Notes: generated by a model not told the origin, from the letters alone. 64,000 nucleotides of DNA from Acidobacteriota bacterium (GCA_965205505.1 CBDBHB010000009.1:1888001-1952000); one strand, 5' to 3'. Shown: positions 28,460 to 39,455, counted from the stretch's first letter. Program-made: numbers and translations.

Positions 28460-30946
28460 GTGGACGCCGACGCGTTGCGTCTGAGACCCGATCAGCTGCG
28501 CAATACCTGTGATCCTGCCATCTTTCCGTTCGAGACCACCGCCGATGTTGAACCGCTAGACGAGATCATTGGACAGGATCGCGCCGTGCGCGCGATCGAG
28601 TTCGGCCTGGACATATCCAGCTCCGGGTTCAACCTGTTCTTGGCCGGGCCGCCGGGGACGGGGCGTAAGACCATCTTGCGGAGGATCCTGTCGCGCTGCT
28701 GCGAGGGTCGTTCGACGCCACCCGACGTCGCCTACGTCCACAACTTCGACGATACGGATTCGCCGCGCGTACTAGTGCTTCCGGCCGGTATGGGCGCCCG
28801 ATTGCGCGACGACCACAACGAGCTGGTCGATGAGCTCAAGGAACGGGTTCCTAAGGCGTTCGAGGGGAAGGCATACGAGGAGCAGCAGCGGGCAACCAGC
28901 GAACGGTTCCAGTCGCAGAAGCAGGAGCTACTGGACAAGCTCGAGGGCGAGGCGGCGGAGCTGGGGTTCGAGATCAAGAGCACGCCGATGGGCTTCCGCA
29001 CCATCCCCGTCCGCGAGAAGAAGCCCCTCACGCAGGAGGAGTATCAGGACATGCCGGAGGACGAGCGCGCGGCGCTCGACTCCCGCATGGAGGGATTGCA
29101 GGGGAAGATCCGCGAGGTCATGTCCGAGATCAAGGACGTTGACCAGGCGCTCAAGGAGGAGGTCCGGGACCTCAACCGCCAGGTGGCGACCAACGTGCTG
29201 GGCACGCTAATGAGCGATCTACGCCCGCGCTACAAGGATCTCGACCCCGTTATCGAGCACCTCCGCAGGATGGAGCAAGACGTGCTCGAAAACATCGAGC
29301 AGTTTCGTCCGAGTGACGAGCCACAGCTGCCGATTCCGGGCCTGCGCATGCCGCGGCAGGAACCCGATCTGGCGCGCTACGAAGTGAATCTCATTGTCGA
29401 CAACGGAGCCGCGGACGGCGCCCCGGTGATCATCGAGAACAACCCCACCTACGCCAATCTCGTCGGCCGCATTGAGCGCCGGGCACAGTTCGGCGCCCTG
29501 ATTACAGACTTCACGATGATTCGCGCCGGTTCGCTGGCCAAGGCCAACGGTGGCTACCTCGTGCTCGATATCGAGGATGTGCTACGCAATCCATTCGTTT
29601 ACGAGGCGCTGAAGCGTGCCCTGGTAAACAAGGAAGTACGGGTAGAAGACGTGGCCGAGCGCTACGGCTTGTTCTCGGCGTCGACGCTTCGGCCCGAGCC
29701 GTTGGAGCTCGATGTGAAGGTTTGTCTCATCGGACACCCGCGCTACTACCACTTGTTGTTCGCCTATGACGAGGTGTTCCGCGAAATCTTCAAGGTCAAA
29801 GCCGACTTCGACTATCAGGCGGAGCGCAACGATGAAGCGCTGTTGCGGTTCGGGCCATTCATAGCCCAGCTCATAAAGCGCGAGAATCTACCTCAATTTC
29901 ATCGCAGCGCGGTGGCCGCGGTGGTCGACGAGAGCTCACGCAACGTAGAGGACCAGCACAAGGTGTCGCTGCGCTTCGGCGAGCTCAACGATCTCATCCG
30001 CGAGGCTGCTTATTGGGCCCGTCAGGATGACTCAGACCCGGTTATGGATCGACATGTCGAACGCGCCGTGGAGGAGTCGGAGTTCCGTGCATCGCTCAGC
30101 AAGGAGCGGGTACAGGAGTTCATCCAGCGCGAGATCATCCTTATCGATACCGACGGCGCGGTGGTGGGACAGATCAACGGTCTGGCCGTGCACATGCTCG
30201 GCGACTATCTGTTCGGTCGACCATCGCGGATCACGGTGTCTGTTCATCTTGGTCGCGGAGGCGTCGTCAACATCGAGCGCCGAGTACGCATGTCCCACGC
30301 CACCCATGACAAGGGCGTGCTCATCATCACCGGTTTTCTGGGCGATCGCTTTGCCCAGGATCAGCCGCTGACGCTGTCGGCGGCGCTGACGTTCGAACAG
30401 TCGTATTCGGAGATCGCTGGTGATTCGGCATCAAGCACCGAGCTCTACGTATTGCTATCGGCGTTGGCCGAGGTGCCCGTCAAGCAGGGAATCGCGGTGA
30501 CCGGGTCGGTCAACCAGCGTGGGCAGGTACAAGCAATCGGGGGTGTTAACTACAAGATCGAGGGCTTCTTCGATGTCTGCGCAGCACGGGGCCTCACCGG
30601 TGACCAGGGCGTGATGATCCCGAGCGCCAACGTGCAACACCTGATGCTGCGCCCAGATGTTGTCGAGGCGGTCGCCGCCGGTACGTTCAATGTCTGGGCG
30701 GTCGATCACGTCGATCAGGGAATCAGCATTTTGACCGGGGTGCCGGCAGGGGAGCGCGACGAGGATGGCGACTGGACCCCCGACTCGGTCAACGCTCGTG
30801 TGCACGCTCGCCTGCGGAGCTTCGGCAAGCAGCTCATGACGTGGGGCCGGGGCGCTCGGGACTCGACACCGGAAATGGTGCAACCTACGGAAGCCGGCGA
30901 TGAGATGCCGCCACCACCCAAGCCCCCCGATCGACCGCCCGAGTAG
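28460..30946 (+). CDS. Lon-like (LonC-type) protease with AAA-like domain
   Basis: IIGQDRA, GPPGTGRKT, GQINGLAV, FEQSY..IAGDSASS (Ser), GGVNYKIEGFF (Lys). Confidence 0.92.
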   Translation: MDADALRLRPDQLRNTCDPAIFPFETTADVEPLDEIIGQDRAVRAIEFGLDISSSGFNLFLAGPPGTGRKTILRRILSRCCEGRSTPPDVAYVHNFDDTDSPRVLVLPAGMGARLRDDHNELVDELKERVPKAFEGKAYEEQQRATSERFQSQKQELLDKLEGEAAELGFEIKSTPMGFRTIPVREKKPLTQEEYQDMPEDERAALDSRMEGLQGKIREVMSEIKDVDQALKEEVRDLNRQVATNVLGTLMSDLRPRYKDLDPVIEHLRRMEQDVLENIEQFRPSDEPQLPIPGLRMPRQEPDLARYEVNLIVDNGAADGAPVIIENNPTYANLVGRIERRAQFGALITDFTMIRAGSLAKANGGYLVLDIEDVLRNPFVYEALKRALVNKEVRVEDVAERYGLFSASTLRPEPLELDVKVCLIGHPRYYHLLFAYDEVFREIFKVKADFDYQAERNDEALLRFGPFIAQLIKRENLPQFHRSAVAAVVDESSRNVEDQHKVSLRFGELNDLIREAAYWARQDDSDPVMDRHVERAVEESEFRASLSKERVQEFIQREIILIDTDGAVVGQINGLAVHMLGDYLFGRPSRITVSVHLGRGGVVNIERRVRMSHATHDKGVLIITGFLGDRFAQDQPLTLSAALTFEQSYSEIAGDSASSTELYVLLSALAEVPVKQGIAVTGSVNQRGQVQAIGGVNYKIEGFFDVCAARGLTGDQGVMIPSANVQHLMLRPDVVEAVAAGTFNVWAVDHVDQGISILTGVPAGERDEDGDWTPDSVNARVHARLRSFGKQLMTWGRGARDSTPEMVQPTEAGDEMPPPPKPPDRPPE

Positions 30947-31007
30947 GTACGGTGACTCTACGAGACCAACGCGGGGGTGCCGCGCCGCGCTAGGGTCGCC
31001 CTCGTTC

Positions 31008-31382
31008 TCAGGAGGCGTCGGATTCCGTTGCTGGTTCCGAACTCTCACTATCGTCGTCAGGGGCGTCCCAGTCGAGCGCCATGTCGCCAAGAGAACGCGG
31101 CGTCGCCTCGGCCGGCGCGTGAGTCACCTTGTGGAGATGGTCCTTGAGGCGACCGAGCTCACGATACGGTAGAGCTTTCGGAGGCGCACCCGAAGGAGTA
31201 CGACCGAGCGCTACGTCGAGAGCGCGCCGCGCCTCGTAGATGGCGTCGTCGAGGCCCTTTAGCGCCGCGTGTAACCGTAGCAACACCGGATCGTGATCGA
31301 CCGTAGCGCCGGCTGCCGCCGCCGCTGCTCCGATCGACGGAGGCTGTCGGAAGTCTTGTACCATGCCATTCTCCATAGCCAA
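31008..31382 (-). CDS. Hypothetical protein
   Basis: Fills the gap and converges on the protease; no recognised motif. Confidence 0.45.
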   Translation of the reverse strand: MAMENGMVQDFRQPPSIGAAAAAAGATVDHDPVLLRLHAALKGLDDAIYEARRALDVALGRTPSGAPPKALPYRELGRLKDHLHKVTHAPAEATPRSLGDMALDWDAPDDDSESSEPATESDAS

Positions 31383-31475
31383 TCTTCAAATCCTAGGTCG
31401 CTAGGCGGCGCGTACCAAAGCAGAAAGAACCGGCAGAGGAGATGTTGAGGGCGACGGTTTTGGGAAGCGACGATC

Positions 31476-31973
31476 GTGGCTGATCACAGAATCAACGACG
31501 GGAAGGGCGTTCGGTCACAGCGCTTGAGAGCAGAAGTCGAACGCTTGCGCACCGCGAAGGCTGCTGCGTATGACGAGCGCAATCGCCTCGTCGCAGCGCT
31601 TGCCAGGCTGTTCCCATCCGGCGTGCAGCGAACAGAGATCGACGACGCGGATCGTCAATGGCACGGCTGCGTCTACATTGATCTGCCCACCGGGCAAGCA
31701 TCGTGGCATTTCCAAGGGGATCAGGCACGGCACTTTCGTGACCTGCCAACCTACGAATCCACCTGGGACGGACACACGACGGAGGAGAAGTACGAGCGGT
31801 TGGCTGGCGCGATGGCGACGATCACCGAGCTCGCCGAGCTGCGCAGGCGCCTCGAGTCGGCGGAAGCGGCGCTTCGTGAGCTGCTTGCAACCGATGATGA
31901 ACCGCTATCCAGTGCCGAGGCACGCGCCGCGCGTCGGCGCGGCCGCGAGTACCTGGAACGTATCGATGGCTAG
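31476..31973 (+). CDS. WDGH-motif protein of a kind usually seen in phages
   Basis: YDERNRLVAAL...IDLPTGQASWH...WDGHTTEEKYERL. Confidence 0.7.
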   Translation: MADHRINDGKGVRSQRLRAEVERLRTAKAAAYDERNRLVAALARLFPSGVQRTEIDDADRQWHGCVYIDLPTGQASWHFQGDQARHFRDLPTYESTWDGHTTEEKYERLAGAMATITELAELRRRLESAEAALRELLATDDEPLSSAEARAARRRGREYLERIDG

Positions 31974-32055
31974 GGCATCGCCTGTGTCAGGCCGCCTTGC
32001 ATCTGGCCCCAACTCGCCGTAACCAGGCCCGCCACACTTTCACCACGGCCTGCTA
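31970..32055. repeat. Truncated type B element (half arm plus right TIR)
   Basis: GCATCGCC...GCCTTG...GTAACCAGGCCCGCCACACTTTCACCACGGCCTGCTA between convergent stops. Confidence 0.75.
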
Positions 32056-32484
32056 TCAGGCCGAAAGCACCTCAGGGAGCGATGCTACGACCTCGCGAAT
32101 CTCGTCTCGAACTCGCCGATAGTGCTGCAGCGCTTCGTGCCGAGATGACGCGGCGGCTGCCAACTTCGGCGGATCATCGAAGCGGAGGTGCTGCACGATT
32201 GTCGATCGCGGATACCGTGGGCAGTGCTCTTCGGCATGCCCACAGACGATGACGACGGCGTCGAAGTGAACTGCGGCAAGCTCATCGACGTGCTTGGAGC
32301 GATTGGAAGAAATATCTATTCCCACCTCGCGCATGACCAGCACCGCGGCCGGGTCCAGATCCAGCGGCTTGATCCCGGCTGAGTACGGTACGAGGTCGGC
32401 GGATCTGAGGTGCCGCGCCCAACCCTCTGCCATCTGGCTGCGACACGAGTTGCCAGTACACAGGAACAGCACGGTGAGGCTCAT
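32056..32484 (-). CDS. arsC: Arsenate reductase (LMW-PTP type)
   Basis: VLFLCTGNSCRSQMAEG, C..AEEHCP, FDDP, RRVRDEI. Confidence 0.9.
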   Translation of the reverse strand: MSLTVLFLCTGNSCRSQMAEGWARHLRSADLVPYSAGIKPLDLDPAAVLVMREVGIDISSNRSKHVDELAAVHFDAVVIVCGHAEEHCPRYPRSTIVQHLRFDDPPKLAAAASSRHEALQHYRRVRDEIREVVASLPEVLSA

Positions 32485-32819
32485 TCGGCGAGAGCGTCGG
32501 CCCGCGCAGCCATGATGAAGTCGTTCACGTGCAGCCCGCGGATCTTGTGAGTCCACCACGTGACGCCGACCCTTCCCCATTCGGTGACCAGCCTGGGGTG
32601 ATGGTTCGCTTCCTCGGCGATCGAACCTATCTGGTTGGTAAATGCCAATGCTTCCGCGAAGTTGCCGAATCGGAACGTGCGGGTAATTCGCTTGATACCA
32701 TCCGCTTCGATGAGCTCCCACGCCGGTATCTGTCGGTGCAGCTCGCCCGCTTCCGCGTCGGTCACCGTCGGGGCGCCGACCCGACACGCCTCGCATTTCC
32801 GTGTTGCCAACTCACACAT
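32481..32819 (-). CDS. phhB: Pterin-4-alpha-carbinolamine dehydratase
   Basis: CEAC, AEEANHHP, WWTHKIRGLHVNDFIMAA. Confidence 0.93.
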   Translation of the reverse strand: MCELATRKCEACRVGAPTVTDAEAGELHRQIPAWELIEADGIKRITRTFRFGNFAEALAFTNQIGSIAEEANHHPRLVTEWGRVGVTWWTHKIRGLHVNDFIMAARADALAE

Positions 32820-32865
32820 GGTTTCCTCCCGCCCCCAACCCGCGTTTGACTGAGTCGGAGAGCCT

Positions 32866-33054
32866 ATGGAAATCCCGAAGGATGACTACGAGCGTATTGC
32901 TCGACTGATCGATAGCGCAGCCAGTCCGGTCGGCATCGACGCCAAGAAGACCCATGTGCTTATCCTGCACAAGCTCGAGCAGATCGAACGCCGGCTTGCC
33001 GTCGTCGAATCACGGCTGGGGCAGGGTGCGCAAGCCGAAGACGAGGTAGTCTAG
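32866..33054 (+). CDS. Small hypothetical protein
   Basis: GGAG RBS; SPVGIDAKKTHVLILHKL. Confidence 0.6.
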   Translation: MEIPKDDYERIARLIDSAASPVGIDAKKTHVLILHKLEQIERRLAVVESRLGQGAQAEDEVV

Positions 33055-34004
33055 TTCTCCCGATTGTTGCGGGCCCACCGTTCGAGCAGGTCGACGCGGC
33101 GTCGCACGTCTCGCGTCAGGTCGCCGAGCGAGGTGATATCGGCCAGCGTCATCGGCAGGGAGAAGGCGATGTCGTTGGTCTTCGTATCCACCAGCTCGAG
33201 CAGACCCTTGAGCTCGTTCCTACCGGCATTGGGGCGCAGGCCGTCCTGACGCGCGAGGTTGATATTCACGTCGCCGACGCGGTTCTGTAGGCCGGCGCCA
33301 GCCGCGCCACCGTAGTCGGCGACGTTCACCACAACCATGTAGTCGGCGAGCTGAAGCGCGCGCACGAGACCGAAGTTGGGCGAGTCGCGCAACGCCCGCG
33401 CGATCTGTCGCTGCACGATGGCCAGCTCTTTCTGAACGCCCATGAGCGCCGATTCCATTGAACCGTTACTTTCCGTGACGGTCGTATCCATTGGTCCTAC
33501 CAGGACGCGCGGCGCATTGATCCTCTCTTCGAGATCGTCCGGTGGGTCGGCGACCTCCCTGAGCTGGGCGATCTCCTTGGTCATGTCGCGCCCGGCCTGA
33601 TGCGCGAGGATCGTCTGCTCCCAGCAGGTCTCGTAGTCGCCGATGCCGAAGGAGGCGATCCCCGCCATGAAGTAAACGTCGGGCACCCCGGGTTGCCGCT
33701 CGTCGGCGGCCATGAACGACGCCAGCGCGTCCTTCTCATCACCCTTTTGCCCCTGTGCCATGCCCATTAAATAGTGCGCCGTCCACAGCGCGTCGTCCGC
33801 CTCGAGCACCTCTTCGAGCACGCCGAGGGCGTACTCTGGCTCGCCCTGGTCGATGTATTCCTGGGCCCGCTTGAGCTGTTGCTGTTGCTCCTGAGTGGGC
33901 TGCTGAGGCAGCGGGCCGGCCGCAGAGTCCGGGATCGAATAGACGGTAGAAACCACCAGCATGGTGGCACCGAGCACGACGATCAGTCTCGAAGTTCGTC
34001 TCAT
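33051..34004 (-). CDS. Secreted TPR protein
   Basis: Signal peptide; AHYLMGMA-type TPR units. Confidence 0.7.
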   Translation of the reverse strand: MRRTSRLIVVLGATMLVVSTVYSIPDSAAGPLPQQPTQEQQQQLKRAQEYIDQGEPEYALGVLEEVLEADDALWTAHYLMGMAQGQKGDEKDALASFMAADERQPGVPDVYFMAGIASFGIGDYETCWEQTILAHQAGRDMTKEIAQLREVADPPDDLEERINAPRVLVGPMDTTVTESNGSMESALMGVQKELAIVQRQIARALRDSPNFGLVRALQLADYMVVVNVADYGGAAGAGLQNRVGDVNINLARQDGLRPNAGRNELKGLLELVDTKTNDIAFSLPMTLADITSLGDLTRDVRRRVDLLERWARNNREN

Positions 34005-34237
34005 GGCTGTTCCGGATCTCCCAGGTGGAAAACGGTACGCCCAACTTTACGATGCGCCTGCCGCGATGGCCACGGGATCTCTCCAGGCAGGTCAATATCT
34101 CTTGTTGAGAGGAGGTGAGCCAGCTAGCCGGCCCTTCACGGTCGAAAGCGCGGCACGTCAGCAGTGCCGTTCGGGATACGCTTAGTTCGGTGCGAAGATT
34201 ATCGACGAAACAGTCGACATCAGGTGCGGGAGCGACC

Positions 34238-35134
34238 ATGAACTCGAAAGTCATCGTGACGTGTGCCGTTACCGGATCCGGCGACACGGTCGACAAGCAT
34301 CCGGCGATCCCGGTTACTGCGCAACAGATCGGCGATGCGGCGCTGCAGACGGCTGATGCCGGGGCCGCTGTCGTTCATTGCCATGTGCGCGATGTGGAAA
34401 CCGGCAGGGGCGTGCGTGACGTGGGCCTGTATCGGCAGGTCGTGGAACATATTCGAGCTCAGAATACCGACGTGATCATCAACCTCACTGCCGGCATGGG
34501 CGGCGACTTGATGATCGGCGATGGGGAGCGCCCGCGGGATTTCGACGAGGAGCTCACCGACTTGGTCGGGCCGGTTGAACGGCTGCTGCACGTGGCGGAG
34601 CTGCGCCCGGAGATCTGCACGCTCGATTGCGGCTCGCTCAACTTCGGTGACACACACTCGGTGGTCATTCAGACGCCTATTCAGCTACGCGAGCAGGCCA
34701 AGCTGATCCGCTCGTACGGCGTGAAGCCGGAGTTGGAGATCTTTGACTCCGGCAACCTGTGGTTCGCGAAGCAGCTATGTGCCGAAGGACTAATCGAGGA
34801 TCCGCCGATGTTCCAGCTGTGTCTGGGCATCCCATGGGGAGCCCCGGTCAACACCCAGACCATGGCCTATATGGTGAGCGAGCTGCCCGTCGGCTGCGCC
34901 TGGGCGGGCTTCGGAATCGGTCGCTGGGAGATGCCGATGGTGGCCCAGGCGGTTCTGCTCGGCGGCCACGTACGCGTCGGACTGGAGGACAACCTTTATC
35001 TGGAGAGAGGGGTGTATGCCTCGAACGGCTCGCTCACCGAGCGTGCGATCCAGATCGTCGAGCTAATCGGTGCAAAGGTCGCTTCGCCCCACGAGGCGCG
35101 AAGTATCCTGGGTCTCGAGCAGCGCGGCGGGTGA
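34238..35134 (+). CDS. Beta-keto acid cleavage enzyme (BKACE; likely 3-dehydrocarnitine cleavage)
   Basis: [30 protein letters not shown]; adjacent to carnitine dehydrogenase. Confidence 0.9.
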   Translation: MNSKVIVTCAVTGSGDTVDKHPAIPVTAQQIGDAALQTADAGAAVVHCHVRDVETGRGVRDVGLYRQVVEHIRAQNTDVIINLTAGMGGDLMIGDGERPRDFDEELTDLVGPVERLLHVAELRPEICTLDCGSLNFGDTHSVVIQTPIQLREQAKLIRSYGVKPELEIFDSGNLWFAKQLCAEGLIEDPPMFQLCLGIPWGAPVNTQTMAYMVSELPVGCAWAGFGIGRWEMPMVAQAVLLGGHVRVGLEDNLYLERGVYASNGSLTERAIQIVELIGAKVASPHEARSILGLEQRGG

Positions 35135-35156
35135 GCTTGCCGCTCGGAGGGTCGAA

Positions 35157-36128
35157 GTGAGCCAGGTCCAGACCGTCGGCATCGCAGGTGCCGGGTTGAT
35201 CGGAGCGGGATGGGCTGCTCGCGCTCTGGCGCGTGGCCTGGACGTGGTGGCATACGACCCGGCACCGGCAACAGAGGAACGCTTTCGCGCCAGCATCGAG
35301 AATGCCTGGCCGTCGATGCTGAAGCTCATGGACTGCGAGCACGTCGAGCGCGGCACCCTCAGCTTCACGCAGGACGTCGAAGACATGGCGGGGCGCGCCG
35401 ACTGGATACAGGAAGCCGCCCCGGAGCGGGAAGACCTCAAGATCGCGCTGTTCGCGAAGATCGACGCCGTCGCGCGCCCTGATGTCGTTATCGCCTCCTC
35501 GTCTTCCGGTTTCTTGCCGACGCGCCTGCAGTCTCGATGCGCTCACGCCGAACGGCTGCTCATTGGCCACCCGTTCAACCCCGTCTATCTCCTACCGCTC
35601 GTCGAGATCGTTCCCGGCGAGCAAACGTCGGACGAGGCAATGCGGTGCGCCGCCACTTTCTACGAGTCCATCGGCATGCACGTGTTACGGCTACAGCGCG
35701 AAATTGAGGGCTACCTCTGCGACCGACTGCAGGAGGCCCTCTGGCGTGAGGCGCTGCACTTGATCGACAAGGATGTCGCCAGCACGAGCGAGATCGATGA
35801 CTCGCTGGTCTTTTCCGCCGGGCTACGATACGCGTTCATGGGCCCGTTCCTGACCTACCATCTCGCCGGCGGCGAGGGCGGAATGCGCCATTTCCTCGAT
35901 CACTTCAATCCGACCGAGGAGCTTCCGTGGACCGAGCTGAGGTTCCCGGAATGGTCCGACGAGATGAGTCGCCGACTTATCGAGGGCTGCGAGGAACAGG
36001 CCGCCGGTCGGTCGGTGGCTGAATGGGAGGCCAAGCGGGACGAAGTGCTGGTGGACCTGATGAAGGTGCTCGAGAAGCATGGCATCGGCGCGGGGACGCT
36101 GCTGTCGCGCGAGCGTGCAAAGGAGTAA
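35157..36128 (+). CDS. lcdH: L-carnitine dehydrogenase (3-hydroxyacyl-CoA dehydrogenase family)
   Basis: GAGLIGAGWAAR, QEAAPE, SSSSG, GHPFNPVYLLPLVE, DRLQEALWRE, GGEGGMRHF. Confidence 0.85.
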   Translation: MSQVQTVGIAGAGLIGAGWAARALARGLDVVAYDPAPATEERFRASIENAWPSMLKLMDCEHVERGTLSFTQDVEDMAGRADWIQEAAPEREDLKIALFAKIDAVARPDVVIASSSSGFLPTRLQSRCAHAERLLIGHPFNPVYLLPLVEIVPGEQTSDEAMRCAATFYESIGMHVLRLQREIEGYLCDRLQEALWREALHLIDKDVASTSEIDDSLVFSAGLRYAFMGPFLTYHLAGGEGGMRHFLDHFNPTEELPWTELRFPEWSDEMSRRLIEGCEEQAAGRSVAEWEAKRDEVLVDLMKVLEKHGIGAGTLLSRERAKE

Positions 36129-36139
36129 GACAAACTGAC

Positions 36140-37219
36140 ATGGTCGTGCCTCGGTTTTACATCGTCGGCAGCGCGCTGAAGCGCCCCGCGAGCCGCAGGA
36201 CGATCTTCGCCGATGGCGACTCGGACAGCACTTTCCGTGATGGCCTGGACATCGAGCTCAGCCACTGGGTGCCCAACAAGACACCAGTAGCGTACAAGGC
36301 CGACACCTCGACGGGCTGTTGTATGAAGTTCGTCGAGCAGCAGGAGGCCGACGACTGGGATCTGGCGATCAACAATCACCTAGACGTTGATGGCGTACTC
36401 TCGATCTTCACGCTCGTCAACGCGGCGCTCGCCCGCACCGAGCGGCAGACGATCGTTCAGGCGGCCGAGATGGGCGATTTCTGGGGGTGGGGCGAGAAGC
36501 CGGCGCAGGTTCTCTTTCAGGGGCTCACGCTATTGATGGACACCCTGCAAGCTCAGCAGGTCGATGTTCAGGAGATCTACGAGCGGTGCTTCGATCGGGC
36601 CTGCGAGTTGATCGGCGACCGCAACGACGACGATGCGGCGATACGCCAGGGGCTGGCAGCTCTCGGGCGCTCACTCGACCTCGTGGAGTCGGGGGACATC
36701 GAGCGGCGCGGTCTACACCGGCGGTTTACCCATTTCCACATACCGCGCTCGATCGCTCAGGAAAGCTGGCAGTTGGCGCTCAGCGTTCCAGCTTTTAACG
36801 CTCCCCTAGGCGAAACCATTCCGTTGCTGCCACAGGTCCGCAATCGGCATGATCGTGACCGGGTACAGCTGGTGTCGGTCGAGTCGGTGGACGGTTGGCA
36901 CTACGATCTCTACTACCCCGGATACATGTGGGCCGACACGCCGGAAGCCTGGCGCGCGCCGGGCCTGGAGTTCAGCGGCAGCAAGAATGGCTACTACTAT
37001 GGCCATCCACCGCTGGACCAAGCCGTGTTCGAGCTCGAGCAGGCGGAAGGCGGCGCTGGCCGCTGGCGCATCGCCGACGAGGTGACTCCGTTTTCCACCC
37101 TCGCGGGACGAGGTTTCCCGGTGGTGCTGAGCTTTCTCGACAACGATGACCGCCCGGCTCGCAGCGACCTTCCACCGCGCCGCGTTGCGTCGATCCTGGC
37201 GGCTGCGTTCGACCTCTGA
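36140..37219 (+). CDS. Hypothetical DHH-like (DUF6687-like) protein
   Basis: LSHW.PN.TP..YKADTST, NNHLDVDGVLS, GDF. Confidence 0.65.
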   Translation: MVVPRFYIVGSALKRPASRRTIFADGDSDSTFRDGLDIELSHWVPNKTPVAYKADTSTGCCMKFVEQQEADDWDLAINNHLDVDGVLSIFTLVNAALARTERQTIVQAAEMGDFWGWGEKPAQVLFQGLTLLMDTLQAQQVDVQEIYERCFDRACELIGDRNDDDAAIRQGLAALGRSLDLVESGDIERRGLHRRFTHFHIPRSIAQESWQLALSVPAFNAPLGETIPLLPQVRNRHDRDRVQLVSVESVDGWHYDLYYPGYMWADTPEAWRAPGLEFSGSKNGYYYGHPPLDQAVFELEQAEGGAGRWRIADEVTPFSTLAGRGFPVVLSFLDNDDRPARSDLPPRRVASILAAAFDL

Positions 37220-37236
37220 GGACACGGAGAGACGAC

Positions 37237-38952
37237 ATGAGGACTGCCCCATGCGTCATGCTGGTCGCGTTGCTGAGCCTGGGCGCGGCGGTTCCTGCCG
37301 TGCGGGCATCCGAAGCCGCTGATCTCGTTTTCCGCAACGGCGCCGTATACCGCGTCGATGCGGCGCGGAGCTGGGCTTCGGCGGTTGCGGTGGAGGGAAA
37401 CAGGATCGTCTACGTCGGACACGATGCCGGGGCGGCGCCTTTCTTGGGGCCGGATACACAGGTTATCGATCTCGACGGGCGGATGTTGCTGCCGGGGTTT
37501 CAGGACTCACATCTGCATCCCGGCACCGGAATGCGTCTGCAACAGATCGACCTACAGGGGGTTCTCGAGCTCAGCGAAGTGATCGCCAAGATCGAGCGCC
37601 ATGCGGCGACGCATCCGGAGTATGCCTGGATCCAGGGCGGAGGCTGGGAGGAGGGGGCCTTCGGCCCCGACGGGCTACCGAGCCGCCAGCTGCTCGACAG
37701 CGCAGTGCGCGACCGGCCAGCCGCCCTCCGGAGCGCCGGTGGCCAGGCCATCTGGGTCAACTCACGCGCCCTCCAGGCGGTTGGGATCACCGCGGCGACC
37801 CACCCGCAGAACGGGCGCATTGCGCGCAACGAGCGCGGTGAGCCCTCCGGGGTACTCTTCGGCAGTGCCCTCGCCACGGTGCTGCGGCAGATTCCCCAGC
37901 CCAGTGAGCGCGTCCGGCTCGACGGCTACCGCGCGGCGTTACGCCTGATGAGGCGCAACGGCATCACCTCGATCACGAACGCGTCTTCCTCCGAGCAAAG
38001 TGAAGCGGACTTCTCCAAGCTTGCCGAGGCCGGTGAGCTCACGGTGCGCGCCACACATTGCCAGCGGTTCCGCCTGGAGATGGACGACGAGGAGCAGGTC
38101 GCCGAGTTCCTCGCACGCCGGGCTCGGCTGCCGTCGGGCTCACCGCGCGCCACCTGCGTCAAGATCTTCCTCGACGGCACGCTCACCAGAGAGACGGCCG
38201 CGTTATTGCGCTCGTATGAGGGACGGCCCGGCGATCTGGGCGAGGTGTTTGTCGAGCCCGCGCGCCTCGCACGGTTCTTGACCCGACTCGATCGTGAGGG
38301 CTTCCAGGTGTTGATTCACGCGATCGGCGATCGGGGAGTGCGGCGAGCACTGGACGGGTTCGCCGCGGCGCGAACCGCCAACGGTCCCGACGGTCCGCGA
38401 CACACGATTACGCACATGGCGCTGATCGACCCGGCCGACGTGCCGCGCTTCTACCAACTCGGCGTGACCGCCAACATGACGCCGCACTGGGGAAGGGCCG
38501 ACGAGTGGAACACGGCTTCCGGGGTTCCATCGCTGGGCATTCAACGCGCGCAACAGATCTATGCCTACAAAGGGCTGTTGGGAAGCGGTGCCCACCTGGT
38601 GTGGGGAACCGATTGGGGGGTGTCGCCCATCGTGCCGATGGAAGGGATCGAGGCGGCTGTGACACGCCGGCACATGGGTGGCCGCGATGCTGCTGGCAAT
38701 CCGGACGAGGCGTGGGGTCCCGACGAGCGATTGACGCTGGGGCAGGCAATTGCCGCGTACACCATCACCGGTGCCTATCTCTGGTCGCAGGAGGACACGC
38801 GTGGATCGATTGCCGTCGGCAAGCTCGCCGACCTGGTGGTGCTCGAGCGAAACCTCTTCGAGGTGCCGGAAACGGAGATCCACCAGGTCCGGGTCGACAT
38901 GACGGTCCTCGACGGGCAGGTGATCTTCGAGCGTGACGAGGCGTCACCGTAG
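37237..38952 (+). CDS. Amidohydrolase family 3 (YtcJ-like), secreted
   Basis: PGFQDSHLH, KIFLDG, HAIGD, GTDW, GKLADLVVL. Confidence 0.9.
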   Translation: MRTAPCVMLVALLSLGAAVPAVRASEAADLVFRNGAVYRVDAARSWASAVAVEGNRIVYVGHDAGAAPFLGPDTQVIDLDGRMLLPGFQDSHLHPGTGMRLQQIDLQGVLELSEVIAKIERHAATHPEYAWIQGGGWEEGAFGPDGLPSRQLLDSAVRDRPAALRSAGGQAIWVNSRALQAVGITAATHPQNGRIARNERGEPSGVLFGSALATVLRQIPQPSERVRLDGYRAALRLMRRNGITSITNASSSEQSEADFSKLAEAGELTVRATHCQRFRLEMDDEEQVAEFLARRARLPSGSPRATCVKIFLDGTLTRETAALLRSYEGRPGDLGEVFVEPARLARFLTRLDREGFQVLIHAIGDRGVRRALDGFAAARTANGPDGPRHTITHMALIDPADVPRFYQLGVTANMTPHWGRADEWNTASGVPSLGIQRAQQIYAYKGLLGSGAHLVWGTDWGVSPIVPMEGIEAAVTRRHMGGRDAAGNPDEAWGPDERLTLGQAIAAYTITGAYLWSQEDTRGSIAVGKLADLVVLERNLFEVPETEIHQVRVDMTVLDGQVIFERDEASP

Positions 38953-38981
38953 CAGGCCACACCTCCACCACGGCCTGCCAG
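38950..38981. repeat. Collapsed type B remnant
   Basis: TAGCAGGCC-ACACCTCCACCACGGCCTGCCAG sits on the amidohydrolase TAG. Confidence 0.65.
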
Positions 38982-39080
38982 AGGCCGTGTGCCACGGCTG
39001 GTGTCGCGCTTGCTGCAGCGCCAGACTGCCGGCGTGCCCGCGCGCCGCGCCCAGGTCCACGCCCACGATCACGGTGCGCG

Positions 39081-39320
39081 CTAGAATCGCGCCCCTGAAA
39101 TGGGCGCCGTCAACGTCGCTCGACGAGGCCGAGCTCCTGACAGGTCGCCGCGTGATAGATCGGCTCCCGCAAGGTCGGCGCTTGTCAGGTCGGCTCTGTT
39201 GAGCGCCGCGCGCACCCCCCCGGCGTGATCGGATTCCAGCCAGAGTCGGTGCTCGCGGACGATGCGATCCAGCTCGTCGCGGCCCACCGGTCGTCGGTCG
39301 TCATTGATTGTTGAACTCAT
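39081..39320 (-). pseudogene. Truncated pentapeptide-repeat protein
   Basis: ELDRIVREHRLWLES..GG.RAALNRADLTSADLAGADLSRGDLSGA, then the frame is lost. Confidence 0.7.
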
Positions 39321-39455
39321 ACACTGCGCCGCCTATCGCTCGACGCTTCATGCATCCAGTGTTGCGGCTCTGAGCCTGTCGCGGGCGCTGTCCGCGGTTG
39401 ACCCTTGTGGGGATGGCAAGGGCGCCAGCCATCGACCGCCGCCACTCCCACTCTG

